A DNA stretch of 64,000 nt from Eledone cirrhosa (lineage: Eukaryota): contig OZ024742.1 in assembly GCA_964016885.1 (NCBI GenBank), positions 85,126,001 to 85,190,000 on the forward strand, in the 5' to 3' direction. This document shows positions 26,568 through 42,289 of the stretch, one piece after another (position 1 is the first letter of the stretch; each line of letters starts with the position of its first letter). The notes under the pieces are model-generated. The model was not told the DNA's origin and did no database searches. It saw nothing but the letters and a program-made list of their open reading frames with translations. The translations under genes and the position numbers were made by a program.

Positions 26568-26645
26568 ATCTCTACCATGGTTTCTTCCTAGTTTAGGACA
26601 TCCAAATAATATGGATATGCTTTGAGTCAGGAATCATCAGGAGAC
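26568..26645 (-). ncRNA. Type I hammerhead ribozyme (array copy 1)
   Basis: Reverse complement of GTCTC-CTGATGA-TTCCT...AGGAA-GAAA-CCATGG-TA-GAGAT. Confidence 0.88.
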
Positions 26646-27255
26646 AAACTCAGAAATAGACATTTAATTTCTCAGACAGACCGCGCCAAATTTAGATTCA
26701 AAAATGGCTAAGATCGCTATGTAGCTGTGTACCAGCCAGAGAGAAAGCGTGTGATTGGTCGCTTGCGGCGGGTAGGCATGCTGCTACAAAGTGCAGTCAT
26801 ATATCGCCAAATTTAATCTCAACCGAAAGGGAGATTATTAAATATAGATGTTATCACATACATAAAATTAAATTAAATTAAATCAAGGATACATATATGT
26901 GTTGCAACTGTTCACTTTTAAGCTCAATGAAGAATTAATAAATTAAAATCAAAAAATCAGAGCATTATATCATAACTCATGTCTATAGAATGAATCAGAT
27001 ATTAAAATATATACCATTTCTTCTTCTAATCAGCATAATTAACCATATACATAATCAAATCTAGCAAGCTTTAAGAATAAATTTTCTAACGGGGAAATCT
27101 CCGACAAATAACTGACCGCAGCTAGTCCGCGTTAACTCCGTTCACCATTTATCAAACACTTCGGCAGCATGCAGAATCCGATCAAATACACCGTCAACCG
27201 CACGTAATTAGTAGTACAATTAAACTTAGAAGAAATGCGCACATACCGTAATTAT

Positions 27256-27333
27256 ATCTCTACCATGGTTTCTTCCTAGTTTAGGACATCCAAATAATAT
27301 GGATATGCTTTGAGTCAGGAATCATCAGGAGAC
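27256..27333 (-). ncRNA. Type I hammerhead ribozyme (array copy 2)
   Basis: Same motif, +688 bp. Confidence 0.88.
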
Positions 27334-27784
27334 AAACTCAGAAATAGACATTTAATTTCTCAGACAGACCGCGCCAAATTTAGATTAAAAAATGGCTAAG
27401 ATCGCTACTCAGAAGAAGAAATGGTATATATTTTAATATCTGATTAATTCTATAGATATGAGTTATGATATAATGCTTTGATTTTAATTTATTAATTCTT
27501 CATTGAGCTTAAAAGTGAACAGTTGCAACACATATATGTATCCTTGATTTAATTTAATTTAATTTTATGTATGTGATAACCTCTATATTTAATAATCTCC
27601 CTTTCGGTTGAGATTAAATTTGGCGATATATGGCTGCGCTTTCTAGCAGCATGCCTACCCGCCGTAAGCGACCAATCACACGCTTTCTCTCTGGCTGGTA
27701 CACAGCTACATAGCGATCTTAGCCATTTTTGAATCTAAATTTGGCGCGGTCTGTCTGAGAAATTAAATGTCTATTTCTGAGTTT

Positions 27785-27862
27785 GTCTCCTGATGATTCC
27801 TGACTCAAAGCATATCCATATTATTTGGATGTCCTAAACTAGGAAGAAACCATGGTAGAGAT
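27785..27862 (+). ncRNA. Type I hammerhead ribozyme (array copy 3)
   Basis: GTCTC-CTGATGA-TTCCT...AGGAA-GAAA-CCATGG-TA-GAGAT; GUA triplet, palindromic stem III. Confidence 0.88.
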
Positions 27863-28472
27863 ATAATTACGGTATGTGCGCATTTCTTCTAAGTTTAATT
27901 TTACTACTAATTACGTGCGGTTGACGGTGTATTTGATCGGATTCTGCATGCTGCCGAAGTGTTTGATAAATGGTGAACGGAGTTAACGCGAACTAGCTGC
28001 GGTCAGTTATTTGTCGGAGATATCCCCGTTAGAAAAATTATTCTTAAAGTTTGCTAGATTTGATTATGTATATGGTTAATTATGCTGATTAGAAGAAGAA
28101 TTGGTATATATTTTAATATCTGATTAATTCTATAGACATGAGTTATGATATAATGCTCTGATTTTTTGATTTTAATTTATTAATTCTTCATTGAGCTTAA
28201 AAGTGAACAGTTGCAACACATATATGTATCCTTGATTTAATTTAATTTAATGTTATGTATGTGATAACCTCTATATTTAATAATCTCCCTTTCGGTTGAG
28301 ATTAAATTTGGCGATATATGGCTGCGCCTTCTAGCAGCATACCTACCCGCCGTAAGCAACCAATCACACGCTTTCTCTCTGGCTGGTACACAGCTACATA
28401 GCGATCTTAGCCATTTTTGAATCTAAATTTGGCGCGGTCTGTCTGAGAAATTAAATGTCTATTTCTGAGTTT

Positions 28473-28550
28473 GTCTCCTGATGATTCCTGACTCAAAGCA
28501 TATCCATATTATTTGGATGTCCTAAACTAGGAAGAAACCATGGTAGAGAT
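28473..28550 (+). ncRNA. Type I hammerhead ribozyme (array copy 4)
   Basis: Same motif, +688 bp. Confidence 0.88.
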
Positions 28551-29160
28551 ATAATTACGGTATGTGCGCATTTCTTCTAAGTTTAATTTTACTACTAATT
28601 ACGTGCGGTTGACGGTGTATTTGATCGGATACTGCATGCTGCCGAAGTTTTTGATAAATGGTGAACGGAGTTAACGCGAACTAGCTGCGGTCAGTTATTT
28701 GTCGGAGATTTCCCCGTTAGAAAAATTATTCTTAAAGCTTGCTAGATTTGATTATGTATATGGTTAATTATGCTGATTAGAAGAAGAATTGGTATATATT
28801 TTAATATCTGATTAATTCTATAGACATGAGTTATGATATAATGCTCTGATTTTTTGATTTTAATTTATTAATTCTTCATTGAGCTTAAAAGTGAACAGTT
28901 GCAACACATATATGTATCCTTGATTTAATTTAATTTAATTGCATGTATGTGATAACCTCTATATTTAATAATCTCCCTTTCGGTTGAGATTAAATTTGGC
29001 GATATATGGCTGCCCTTTCTAGCAGCTTGCCTACCCGCCGTAAACGACCAATCACACGCTTTCTCTCTGGCTGGTACACAGCTACATAGCGATCTTAGCC
29101 ATTTTTGAATCTGAATTTGGCGCGGTCTGTCTGAGAAATTAAATGTCTATTTCTGAGTTT

Positions 29161-29238
29161 GTCTCCTGATGATTCCTGACTCAAAGCATATCCATATTAT
29201 TTGGATGTCCTAAACTAGGAAGAAACCATGGTAGAGAT
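29161..29238 (+). ncRNA. Type I hammerhead ribozyme (array copy 5)
   Basis: Same motif, +688 bp. Confidence 0.88.
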
Positions 29239-29526
29239 ATAATTACGGTATGTGCGCATTTCTTCTAAGTTTAATTTTACTACTAATTACGTGCGGTTGA
29301 CGGTGTATTTGATCGGATTCTGCATGTTGCCGGAGTGTTTGATAAATGGTGAACGGAGTTAACGCGAACTAGCTGCGGTCAGTTATTTGTCGGAGATTTC
29401 CCCGTTAGAAAATTTATTCTTAAAGCTTGCTAGATTTGATTATGTATATGGTTAATTATGCTGATTAGAAGAAGAAATGGTATATATTTTAATATCTGAT
29501 TAATTCTATAGACATGAGTTATGATA

Positions 29527-29632
<106 letters not shown>

Positions 29633-30610
29633 AATGCATATAACGTTATATTTTGTTTATAATGCGAAGTATTTGCCGATAATAAATACCTATATTGCAA
29701 TGCCGATAGTGGCCACATTATTCCGCGGAACCAGTAATGATTACGTTCCATACTTTAAATGTATCGTCTATTCTTCGTTACGGTACTATCATGCAATATA
29801 TGAATAATATATCTTTAATATCTAATATTGATCGCCTTTTGATAATTTCTAACTAAAATTTATACATCTTTTTTTATTATTTTTTTAATTAATTTCAATA
29901 AATGATTCTGTTGTCCAGAGTTGATTTGGTATATTTAACTTTAATTTTTTTTAATTTTCAATCATATTACCAATCTTAATTTCCATTGTAAACTATCTAG
30001 ATCATAGAATTAAGTTTTTATTTATTTCGCGTTCAATACTATTGTCCAAATAAAAATAGGGATAGTATTGAAATATTTGTCCTACCTCAGATTTCTGGTC
30101 ATCTGCTGCTTGGCGTTGGACTAGCAGTAAACTATAACTTATTGGCTGACTTGAACTCTGTGACCATGGCATCTCACTGACTGGCATGGGGGAGATTGCT
30201 TGGTGGAGAGACTTGCCTAGACTAGCTTTGCATTGTTACGGGTAGTAGTCATATGGTCAACTTCATTCGCATTTGCGCCTGCGCAAATATCTGGAGGGGA
30301 ATTAGGATTCACGGTGGAGGTACGAAGGCTGCTCAAACATCATTTTTGTCCGTTCCGTCGTTTTTTAGTTTGGATTGCGTGGAGGAAATAACTATATTAT
30401 GTAATGAAGCTGTCAGATCAGATCATGCCATTGGTTGTGCATAATAGCGTGGCCAGTGTCGTCATTGAAATATGTATCATATCCTTACAAATAAAGGACA
30501 TTAACATCTGAAATTACCTCGCATTTTCTTATTCTAAATATACACAATCATTACTATGTGGAAAGAGTACGTAGAGTGCTTGACTTGAATTGCCTGAATA
30601 TTTACCGTAG

Positions 30611-30644
<34 letters not shown>

Positions 30645-30678
30645 GTACGCACACATATACACACATACACGAACACAT

Positions 30679-30723
<45 letters not shown>

Positions 30724-30888
30724 TAAGTAAGTTAATTTTATAATTTTCTTATTTTACGTCTCTCATATTATTGTTCTGCAACCCCATGCATTGAACCACA
30801 AAGTTACTAAGACAAAACCTATATATTTGCTAGCATTCATATGCATCTGTATGTATATATATGTTACTAGATATTAATTCTTTATATA

Positions 30889-31020
<132 letters not shown>

Positions 31021-33051
31021 TTTCTTTTCTCTCGTAACACGTATTTTCCATTAATTCCATGTATTTTCATACTCTACCTATTGATGTAAATTAGTGATTC
31101 ATACATTTGTAAGGTACATCAAAGCATATTAATTCATCTACGAGTGGTTTTGAATCCTGTGTCAATTCAAACAAGCATAAATGATGGAAAGTTTACTGAT
31201 GGCTCTTACATTAAAATATGTGCAAATATGATGTCGTTTTGTTTATATGTTTGTGGATGCCAGCATTTTTATATCATGCTGAAATTAGTTCATGTCTGAA
31301 ACAGTGGTGAGACATTAAAAGGAAACACATGGAAGTTTGCAGCTACAGGGCTTGATTGGAAAATTGCTCATGCTTTATATTGTATAGTAAACATAGAGTG
31401 CAATGTTTAAGAATGATTTTATATTTTAACGCATTCGTAGAATTATAGCCTAACACTCGCTAAAATGATAACCTTTAAAGTAATTACGTAATACTCTTAA
31501 AAAGGTGGTGATATTAGAGATGTATATTTAAATCCATATTTATCATCAAAGGTAAAGCTTCACATATCAAAGAAGGCTTGAGTTTTAGTCCCATTGAAAT
31601 GATAGTCAACTTTTCTATGAAATTTTATAGAATTGTGCCAGCAATTTTCAAGCCATCAGCATATGGCTTTCTTTTCAAACGTCGTCGGCACGTGAGATTT
31701 GAAGGTAATCATTATTAAAGTTCTGGAATTCATGTTCGTTTAATTTGAAATATTTGATAGCTGAAATATAATAAATTAGGAACAAAGGAATAAATACAGA
31801 ATTATGAGAAAATATAGCTAGATAATTAGGAGCTAATGAACTCAAAACATGAATTAACTTACGTCGAAATCTATGCATGTTGACGTGTTAATACATATTT
31901 CAGAATTGGCTATAGTTTCTTGTGATTGAAGAATGCAAAAGAATGCATTCCAATAAAAGTTAACTAAACAACGTTTCACATTTAAACATTAGTTATGTAT
32001 GAAACATGCACAGCCATATCAGCCTTTGATATTTATAGAGGGATAGAAAGAATTTACAATGATCTAATTTCCATTAATTTAGTATTTATAATGCCCGATT
32101 GTCGGGGGATGTAATTAATTTACTCCAAATTACTTTGATGAGCCAGTTCAGTGTATGGAGAATATTGCCAAAACCATAAACGTCAAAATAAACTGATTCT
32201 ACTCGCTGATTTCAAATTCAATCTTATCATGTACGCTGTGCGATGCCCTATTCATTTTATATGAATAGCAAAGAGAAAGTAATTTTATTTGTGGTCAGTA
32301 TAATGATTAAAGCAGAGAACGAAAGCAATAAAGTAGAAATTATCAAATAGTGACATTTGACAGAGAGGTCAAATTGATTTCAACTAAAAGTACAACAGGA
32401 AAGATTGTAATAGACACAAAATGTATTATCACCATGCAACGATTAAAGAGAATCTCGCTAATGTCCCCCTTGATACGGCATATTACATATAACGCTGTAA
32501 TCAAGTGTTGAATTTCAATTTTGGTATTTGAATACTATCAGACAATTTGATTCATGGATATTAAGAGATTATGAGTAATGTATATATGTAGCGATGCACG
32601 TGTAGTGGATCCTCCGTCTGTCTCGATGATGAGTATTAGATTATTTCACTAAATAAATTGCTACTCAGTGTTTGACAAACGAATGAAAACTTATGACAAT
32701 TATCAAATCGAATTCTCTTAGCACACCGTGAATAATTTGAGACATTTACTTACAGAAACTTAGAGAAAGAATGATGAAGGAATATTAAGAGTAAGGGAGA
32801 TGAATCGATTACAATATGTAATTCTTCCCCGAATATATTGAAGAAAGATTACCGCGGCAGAGATTTATAAAATATCGCAGGGAGCAGTGACGAATACAAC
32901 AATACAACAATAAATATTAGATCGAATACCAATGGGTTAACACTTCAAAGGCTGTATCTTTAGATATATTGTTATGAACCACATATATCAAAATAAACTG
33001 CACATTTATAAGTCCATCTCTACGCCTGTCTTTATGCCCCCCTCAGACTTC

Positions 33052-33159
<108 letters not shown>

Positions 33160-33752
33160 GTAAGTATGTATACACACACATATATATATATATATACGCA
33201 CGCACACACATATGTGTGTGTATATATAATCATGTGTGCGCGTGTGCGTCTGTGCGGACGTTTAAAACAGTTTTCTAAGAATTCGAACATTGAACTTTTG
33301 ATTCATTTACACGTTTTCAACATGTGTCAAGTATCTCAGTTTTTCAATATTCAAAATAATTATATATTTTAGCGCGTAGCAATATATTAATTTCTCTTGT
33401 TATGGAGCCAACTATAAATCAGTTTGAATGCATCCATTGGATCCCATAATTAGGAGAGTACCATGCATATTGTTCAAGGACAACAATCTCTTTAACTGGC
33501 ACACGCACATACACTTTTATACCCCCCCCACACACACAACAAAAAACAATCATGTCATGTTAGCCGCTTCCTAGACGACTCCATCAACTTTTATAAAAGA
33601 TTACTAAACTACTTACAGACATCGTATGATACATGTCTTGTTTCATAAAATACAAACCATATGGCACCAACACTTTTTTTATTTCACTCGACGTCTATGC
33701 CTTTAAAAGAGAAACATTTACATAACAATTATGATACATTATTTACAAAGAA

Positions 33753-33936
33753 TAGGGCGGTGAATTGGCAGTATCGGTAGAGTGTCGGACATGCTTTCCA
33801 GCATAGTTACGTCCCTTTACGATCTGAGTTCAAATCCCGCCGAGGTTAACTTTGCCTTTTATCCTTACGGGGTCGATAAAATAAAGTACCAGTAATGTAC
33901 TGGATAATTGTTGGCGTTGTACCAAAAGTAGAAACA
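33753..33936 (+). mobile_element. tRNA-derived SINE with 15-bp target-site duplication
   Basis: GGCGGTGAATTGGCAG head, B box GAGTTCAAATCC, body TTTGCCTTTTATCCTTACGGGGTCGATAAAATAAAGTACCAG; TSD ATTATTTACAAAGAA at 33738-33752 and 33937-33951. Confidence 0.88.
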
Positions 33937-34409
33937 ATTATTTACAAAGAAAAGAGTAAAAAGATTCGGAGAAATGGAATGAAGTTTTTTATACTCAGAG
34001 TTGTACTGTCTCTATACTCGTTACGTATACATTTGACGTGATTATAAAACAATTGAGTAATGATATGTGAGTTACAATGACATTTTGTTTAAGTCTATGA
34101 TATACTACATATGAACACTAACATGAACTTAGCTTTGAAATATGTGTATTTCCGATTAAATGCATATTTCTGCTATTTCTGCATGTCTGCACATATTCGT
34201 CGCTGGAGTTCTATCTTTTCCAACCTTTTATTTAACGTGCATATTGAAAGTCAACTATTCCATTCATAGACACTCGATTAAACTTCTGAAGCTTCCACAC
34301 ATAAGCACATCATCTAGCAACATCTCGAGAGGAGTCAAGACTTCACATTTGGAAAGAAAATTTCTTCTGTAACACGAATTATACACTAGTTCACAAATCC
34401 CAAATATAA

Positions 34410-34679
34410 CAAAGCTACAGACTGTGGTGTGGTAAATGTTCCGAACACAATGGAACAATACACACACTGTCACTGCCTCCGTCTCTACCAGTCTCCCCAT
34501 CTCTCAATATTATAAGCTTACTATGGCTCACGCTCTGGTCGTCCCACGACCCCAGTGGGCAGAATGGAGAAGTTTTTTTGCCGGAGGATGATGAGGGAGA
34601 CGCGCTGGAAGAACATTCCAGCCCACGAGGCTCACCCCTGCCGAGACCGAACTCTGTGCCAATGGTGGGGAGTAGGTAG
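34410..34679 (+). other. Candidate coding exon (unassigned)
   Basis: GC-richer, non-repetitive island with a ~90-codon stop-free frame (..GQNGEVFLPEDDEGDALEEHSSPRGSPLPRPNSVP..); no recognisable homology; weak splice acceptor. Confidence 0.2.
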
Positions 34680-35390
34680 GAGGTCCGAGGGCCTGAGCCG
34701 CCAGAGGTCTCCACTGTTGACACTGTTTGATCTCATTTCTGCAACCGACATATTGACATAGAAATGTTTCCTCCCGAAGACTTCACTCATGGACCAGAAG
34801 CACTGTCGCATTACTGGAAGGTTCTGAAATGGATTTTAATTATAATTGGATTATCAAAGGCTTTTTATGTTACACGGTTATACATGACTAAATCTGCGAC
34901 CTGTGAATTTGAAGAAACAAACCATAATATGCTGCATAACATTACCTGATCTTTGCTAAACTGCTTATGCTGTTCAAAGGTTTTGTTACCTTCAATAAAG
35001 TTGTGAAAAGGTGTTCGGAGTGATAGACATCTGTTTTATAAAGTGATTGCATCGAAAGGACAAGAACAGGAACATGACGTGACTGATAGTTCTTTTTTAA
35101 AAATTCAGTCTATAGATAGAACAGTATAGCTGTGAATCAAGATTATGTTAATTGGAAACCAGCCTTGTAGCGAATGGTCTTGACGGTAGTGGACATGGTT
35201 TCAATGTACTGTACAATGGAATTATAAAAACTACATCATATTACACAGATGCACGAGTTCCTTCCGTTCTGTAGGATTTCGCTATGAAAAGACCCCGTAT
35301 ATATATATATATATATCATAAAACATGTCTATAGAATCATGTCTATAGAATCACCATGCAAATCACACATATATATATATATGTAAACGT

Positions 35391-35452
<62 letters not shown>

Positions 35453-36059
35453 CTTTTTTAGAGGCAAAAGAAGGTAGATAAGCTGACAGATTCTGTTTCA
35501 CGCTGTTGGCGATTCTCAGAGCATCGTGCCGAAAGTTATAGAGGCTGGATTTTTATAGAATTCCAGTAATAATCAGGAACTGATTATACAGAGCGATTGC
35601 CGGTCCAGCAAATATTAAAAATTAGTATTGGGGCTCTGAAATAGCGATGTATACATGAATGTATGTATAGTATATTTGGCAATATAACGTATGTTTAATT
35701 AAAAACATTTTGAAGACCTTGCACTATCGTTTTTAAAGTAGTGACTATGTCACTTGCTTCTTTTTTCGGCAAAAGAAGGGAGAGAAACTGACAGATTCTG
35801 TTTCACCCTGTTGGCGATCCTCATTTGGTACAATTTAAACATCGTTGGAAAACTGATGGTGTTACTTTTCCATATAACACCCAAGTTTGATACAGCAGGA
35901 GCCAGGGTAGATCTTGTCATTATCTTAGATCTGTCGTCATTGGCCTGAAGGGTATCCTTGGTACATGAATCAGTTCTCTTCTTCAAATCTTCCTCCGTTT
36001 AGCATGATGCTGGTTGCTGTGCTCTGGTTATGAATATTAACTAGAACCTCTCTCTTTTC

Positions 36060-37330
36060 TGAACTGTTTACCATTCCGAGTGCTCCTGATAATGTTTTCC
36101 AGGCTAGCAGAGATGTGCTTCACTGCTTCCTAACATGTCAATAGCATCAGCAATGCAGGGCTTGGAATTGGGCCGGCATCCATCGGAATCAAAGGTGTGG
36201 AAGTCTTGGACTGTCTCTTGCCCGATATTTTCCATGAAAATGTTGAGAAGCGCCGGGAAAATGAGACATCCTTGTCGAACTTCAACTTCTGTCCTGAAGA
36301 ATTCTCCGATATCTTCATTCAAATGAACTGTATTTTTTGAGTTTTCTTACAGTTATTTAATTAGTTCATTGAGTCATACTTCTTCATCCACTGTCAAACT
36401 CTACGATAGAGGACATGTTGGTGCAGTAGATGTTTCTCAATTGGTAGTCTGATATAATATATCTGCTCCACTCTACTTCTGGGGCCCCTGAATCCAGCCA
36501 ATTCTTCTACCCAGATTGCGTTTGTCTTTCACATAAGATTGTTTTGAAGAGCACTTTGCAACAATTTCTTGGGCTGCATAATTTAGCTAATTGTTCTGGC
36601 AGAGACTTAAGTTACTTGGGGGGAGGGCAATAACTATTATCATTGGATGGATCTACTCCATTAGCCACCTCTTTGAATCCCTATCGTCTGCCACATGACC
36701 GTCCCTACTTTGTTAAGTTTTGACAATCCCTGATTTAGGAACTCTGAAGGGAAGTTATCGATTCTTACGGATTTTCCATCTTTGAAAATGGGCAACGCCT
36801 CTTCCACTTCCTCCTGTTGAGATTAGACTATCACTAATTTATATGTACTTATTGTTCAGGATGTTGATGTTCACAGTTATAAAGGTCTTCTTAAAGTTTT
36901 TATCGTCTTTAACGACATCAGGCCCGCTGAGTGAGGCAAGACTTGTTGGTCCGCAATGATAATCGTGGTATGTCGCTTTGTTTTCCTTAGCGATTTGTGG
37001 GTTTCATCAAACAGACTTTCTGTTGTCCACTTTTTTATTCTAGCTTCGGTGTTTTGTATTGGTCTGTTATTCGCTTGTATTTGGTTTCCCCCATTTTACT
37101 CCTAATTTTCTTATTTTCTTATACTCAACATTGCCTTGCTGACCCGTTAGCTTAATCTTGCTTAAGTTCCGTCTTAAATCACTTAAATCGAAGTTTCCTC
37201 GGCGATTCATTGCTTCTTTTTTCTTTATCGTTTCCCTAGCACTTTTAGAGCTATTCAGGTAATGGTTCATTTCTGTTGATGGTCAAGGTGTTTTAGTAAC
37301 GCATATTGCTCCTGTCTGGGAAAGATTCAT
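36060..37330 (-). mobile_element. Highly decayed RTE-clade LINE reverse-transcriptase remnant
   Basis: IGEFFRTEVEVRQGCLIFPALLNIFMENI..IADAIDMLGSSE matches the RTE VRQGC..LFN..FADDID pattern; upstream EELAGFR near 36490. Confidence 0.75.
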
Positions 37331-37798
37331 GACACTATATATCAACGTGTATCTTAATCTTATTAACCGACATTGCATTTCATGTAAAGCCACTTCATTA
37401 AATTCTCTCGCAAATAGTAAATTTAAGAAATTAATGAATTTTGAAAACAAGATTCTGGCATTCTTAACATCAACTGGGGCATGTGGGATAGGTATATCTA
37501 ATGTGTCCGCTTTGATTCGGAATAATCATCATGATATCATCGAAGGAGTGATTATTCGGCCAGAATAACATTCGGAATGACGCATTGTGATATGGCCTTT
37601 TCTTTCACTTTCTCTCTCTCCCTCTCTCGCTCCCCCTCTCTCTGTCTATCTATCTCTCACTCTCTCTCCATATATACATAATAATATATATATATGTGAT
37701 TATGAGCGATGTATGTGTGTGTATATATGAAAGACGAAAAGTGAGAAAGAGAGGATGTAAGTGAAGTGAAAAAGATAAAACCTGACACTGAATGAGAC

Positions 37799-37869
<71 letters not shown>

Positions 37870-40338
37870 TATATATTAAAATCAAGTAGAAATAAAATGC
37901 GATATTTGATGCGTTATCTGTAATGGACACTTCAGTAGAAAATATCTTTGATTACGAAATTGGGAGAACAGTTTAGTAGGTCAAATAATGATACTAAGAT
38001 ATAGTAAATGTGATCGATTCTGTGAAGATGTTTGCTTATTAGGAACAAAGTTATATATGAAATGAGACAATGTTATGTCTCGCATAGACCGATTTATTGG
38101 CATCTCTCCATCAAATAAAGGATCTTCTTCAAACGTAATTATTGTTGAATGTATAATACTGATTGGAATATTATTTCTGGCTTGTGAAGTGATAAGTCAG
38201 ACATGAAATTAATGGTCATTATTTTGCCAAGCCGTTGCCTTTTGATGTCTATAGACTAGTAGCGAGGAATACATTTCTTTTACCACTCACCTAAATTGAT
38301 CGAGGAAGAATATATATTATTTAAAACGAATCAATAATATTAAAGCGTCTTATTCTCGTGCTGCTAACGGTATGATATATGGCATATTATGAAACATCTG
38401 AGTTCAATTTTCCTAGCTATAGACGGTTTTACCAGGTGCATCCAACGAAATAGTTTTAATTAATTGATTGGACTTCAGAGAATTGACTCTTTAACTAACA
38501 ATTAGGGAATCGTTTTATTTGAAACGTCATTGTTTACATCTACTGCATATTTGTAAAGATAATGCTTTTTAATATACGTAAAGCTGTACATGTCTACATC
38601 AATGAAATTAGCATCCTTAAATTCATACATTTTCGTTTTACTTCGCCTGTCCTTTATTTATCTTAAAATGTTGACCCAAGTTGAAAATCATACATTGTAA
38701 CACGAGATGCAATACTTTCTGTTTTTCTGGATATTTATATTCTTTGTCCAATGTTGATTGTCTGTGGCCTATATTTTAATACATTGCCCGTTTTAGGTAA
38801 AAAAGTTGGATATTTTGGTAATGCACCAAAATCCAATTATATTAGGAATCTGTCTCTTGTTTGAGAATAAACTCTTCTCACTCTATCTATTGCCGGAAGC
38901 CCTTTAATAAATTGTTTACATATTTGATACATGCCTTACAAAACAGTAAAAAAGAATAAACTTAATTCTCATTAACGATGTCGCACTTAAATGTTTCATT
39001 TATCTAATGTGTTAGTAAAAATGAACCTTTATTAATTCCCACATTATTTCATTTGAATTGTCATAGACACCATACATGTTTTCTTAACGTGTATGATCAA
39101 GTAAACGTGAGGTGTTTTGTCGTGATACCTTTATCATACACCAAACTAATTACTTGTACATAAAAAACTGGATAATTAATCATTCAATAAATATTGGTGT
39201 ATCGTTATACATCTGCACAGAAAACCAGTTTTGATTTGAAATTAAAATAGAAAACGGTAAGTTGCTTTCTCTGTGTGAATGGTGTGTAATATTATCTACT
39301 GAGAAAATCAGAATTTATTCACTAAAGCAAATTCATACGTAAAGAATCAGCGTATCATATCAAAATTAGATTGATATAATATCAATCGAAGCAATACATC
39401 TAACAATGTCTATTAGACGAACTACAAGATTTCTTGTAACTTTTTTTTCCTATTGACTATAATGCTTGACGACAACACAAGGACAACAGAATTCAATCAT
39501 AACTATTCTTGGCATCTCCTTTTATTTGACTTTGAAAAGATATTATTGTCATTGTATCGGTGTGTATAGACAGCATAATAACACCTATTTAGTTCTGAGA
39601 CATGTTTTATAGTGATTTCAAAGCCAAAATCTCACATGAATATCTCCATTATTTTCATGAATATTTTGCAAAGATTGGGATTCATTAACTGACCGACAAT
39701 GTTAAACTTTCACGTAACATTTATAACTGAACAACAAATATCAAAAATGTACATTCTTGTTCAAAGTTATTACGATAAGAGATGAGAACAATGTTGAGAT
39801 TATCAAGCGCCATTATACAATATTATAATCATATTAATTATCAGTCTTGTATTTATTAAAAATAGAATTCCGAATTCCTTTCCAATGAACAAGATACAAA
39901 TTGTAATATTTGATAATATAACACAGAAGCATTTTATGATTATAACCATATTTTTCTGTTAATATTGATTTAGCCACTTTCATATTATATTTTGTAAGCT
40001 TTAATTGTATATTTCATATTTCAATTCGAAATTATAATCAATGTGATGACAACGAATGTATTTTACAGAAGATACAAACATAGTTCATCTTCGATGTTTC
40101 ATTGGAATTAACCTAAGTAATTATTTAATTAACATGTTTAATTACCGTTGAAGACTAGAAAGTTATATTTAGATCAAATTACCAAATTTTATATTGACAT
40201 TCATTTAGTTGTGGAAAATGAACAGCTTAGTTCATCCTATTTAATTGTATGAAACAAATAGATTAAACATTGATGTTGAATATAAGGACACTGGATCAAT
40301 ACATAAATTAATATCAAATGGGATATTAAATAAATAAT

Positions 40339-40529
40339 TGTTTCTATTTTAGGCACACGGCCTGTAATTACCCCTGTACATTAATGGTACTTTATTTTAT
40401 CGACCCCGTAAGAATGAAAAGCAAAGTTAACCCCGGTGGGATTTGAACTCAGACCATAAATGGATATAACCATAGGCTGCAATCATGGCGTCCAACCCTC
40501 TACCGATAATGCCAATCCACCGCCCTGGC
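40339..40529 (-). mobile_element. tRNA-derived SINE (family of 33753) with 16-bp TSD
   Basis: Reverse-complement match to the 33753 SINE; TSD ATATTAAATAAATAAT at 40323-40338 and 40530-40545. Confidence 0.88.
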
Positions 40530-41973
40530 ATATTAAATAAATAATATTACTAATTTGGCAAGTGACTAAACTTGAATGCATATTTTGAATCTGACACAAT
40601 TCCATCATGGTACACCCATATCGATATACTGATCAAATACAGACCCCCCTTCCCCACTCAAAATAAATAATTGCTGATTTGTGGGATGCAGATTTGTATT
40701 TTGTTTGTGTCAATAATAGGAGACGCAATATGAAAGTTTTTAGACTGTAAAACCTGCTGTACCTGTACACCTCTAAATGATGGTTTTTCTTTTGACACAT
40801 TATTTGTGATAATTAAACTGTTGACGTTCCTCCCGATATCTCATTTGTATCTATGTATTTGCTGCAGCAAACTTGTTCATCCTATTATCAAATAGCTTTT
40901 TTTTTTAATTTCGTTGTGGAAGAGGTATATGTGTATCCTTGAGATATTTGAAACTTAATGTTGTTAAGTTTGTTATGGTCAATTGCAGACTCACATAACG
41001 TCACGTGGTGGGTGTATTGTATTAACATTATTGCCCTTACGTTTTTGTTTGCTCAACGTTGGAACCTTCTGCATCTTCGATACATATGCACGATATGCTA
41101 GTAATGGCATAAACAGTTTTTAAAAAAAGACAAATCATTTTTGTATTCTGTGTGTCGTATATCGCTGTGAATACTAGTTGAATGTATTTGATGTTTTGTG
41201 AAATGCTGGTAAGAAAGAACGCAAGATAGGTGATAGGCGCAATGTTAAGCCTGTTGTTTTGGACCCAGATTATACTGAATATTTATGTTAGGTTTGGGGA
41301 GTTATGCATCTACGCAAAGAAATGGGGGCAATTTGAGTTTCATATATTTTTTGAATATCTTAGGGATGTGTTAAAAGGAAGTCAGTTGTATGTTGAATCG
41401 GGTTTGGTAATCCGTTTGGAAATTTCTGAATGTTGTTTTGTATATTAATTAGAGAGAAATGTAAAAAAATTGTTTTGATATATTTGCTATCAATGCCGAA
41501 AAGAATATACAAAGGAAACTATAGGCGATGTGAACAGCAGGATGGGCCTTTCATTCTTGTTTTTTTCTTTCCGTTATCGATAATACTTTGGAGATTTGTT
41601 TAGTAGCATAAACATTGAATGTAATGGTCACAATTTTGGTTTACTCAAATAGTATGTATTATAATGGAGTGGAGTGTGAATGGATAGCTATGAGGAAGAA
41701 TGCGATTTAAGGAAGGGGCTGTAACTGTTGCTGATAAGGCTGTATAATAATTGAGCAAATTTAATGACAAATATTTTATACAATATGTTTAAGTATGTTT
41801 TCCGGTGATCTGCCTCTGCTAAGATCCATTACATAATTGATGAATGTTACACACCTAATACATATATAAGTTCACACACACATATGCGTGCGCGGACAAA
41901 CACATGCACATCGAAACACATATAGTGACACACACAAAAACACTCAAACTAACACCTACAACCCCACCCCACC

Positions 41974-42088
<115 letters not shown>

Positions 42089-42289
42089 ATACTTTGGGAG
42101 GGTCATGTTGCCAATAAGAAACACACGCACCAGTTGCTTTCACTTCAATTTATTATATATTTATAAATTTATAAATCTACAAACTTATAAATTTCTGGTT
42201 GGTTGGTTGGTTCCACAACCAGATAGTTGTTTATATATATAGTCATAGTCCTTCCGTCACACACTCTGAACACAAACACACACAGACAC

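Noticed and set aside
37870-41870. Long unique AT-rich stretch as possible host exons
   Set aside because: No sustained ORF or recognisable motif apart from one SINE
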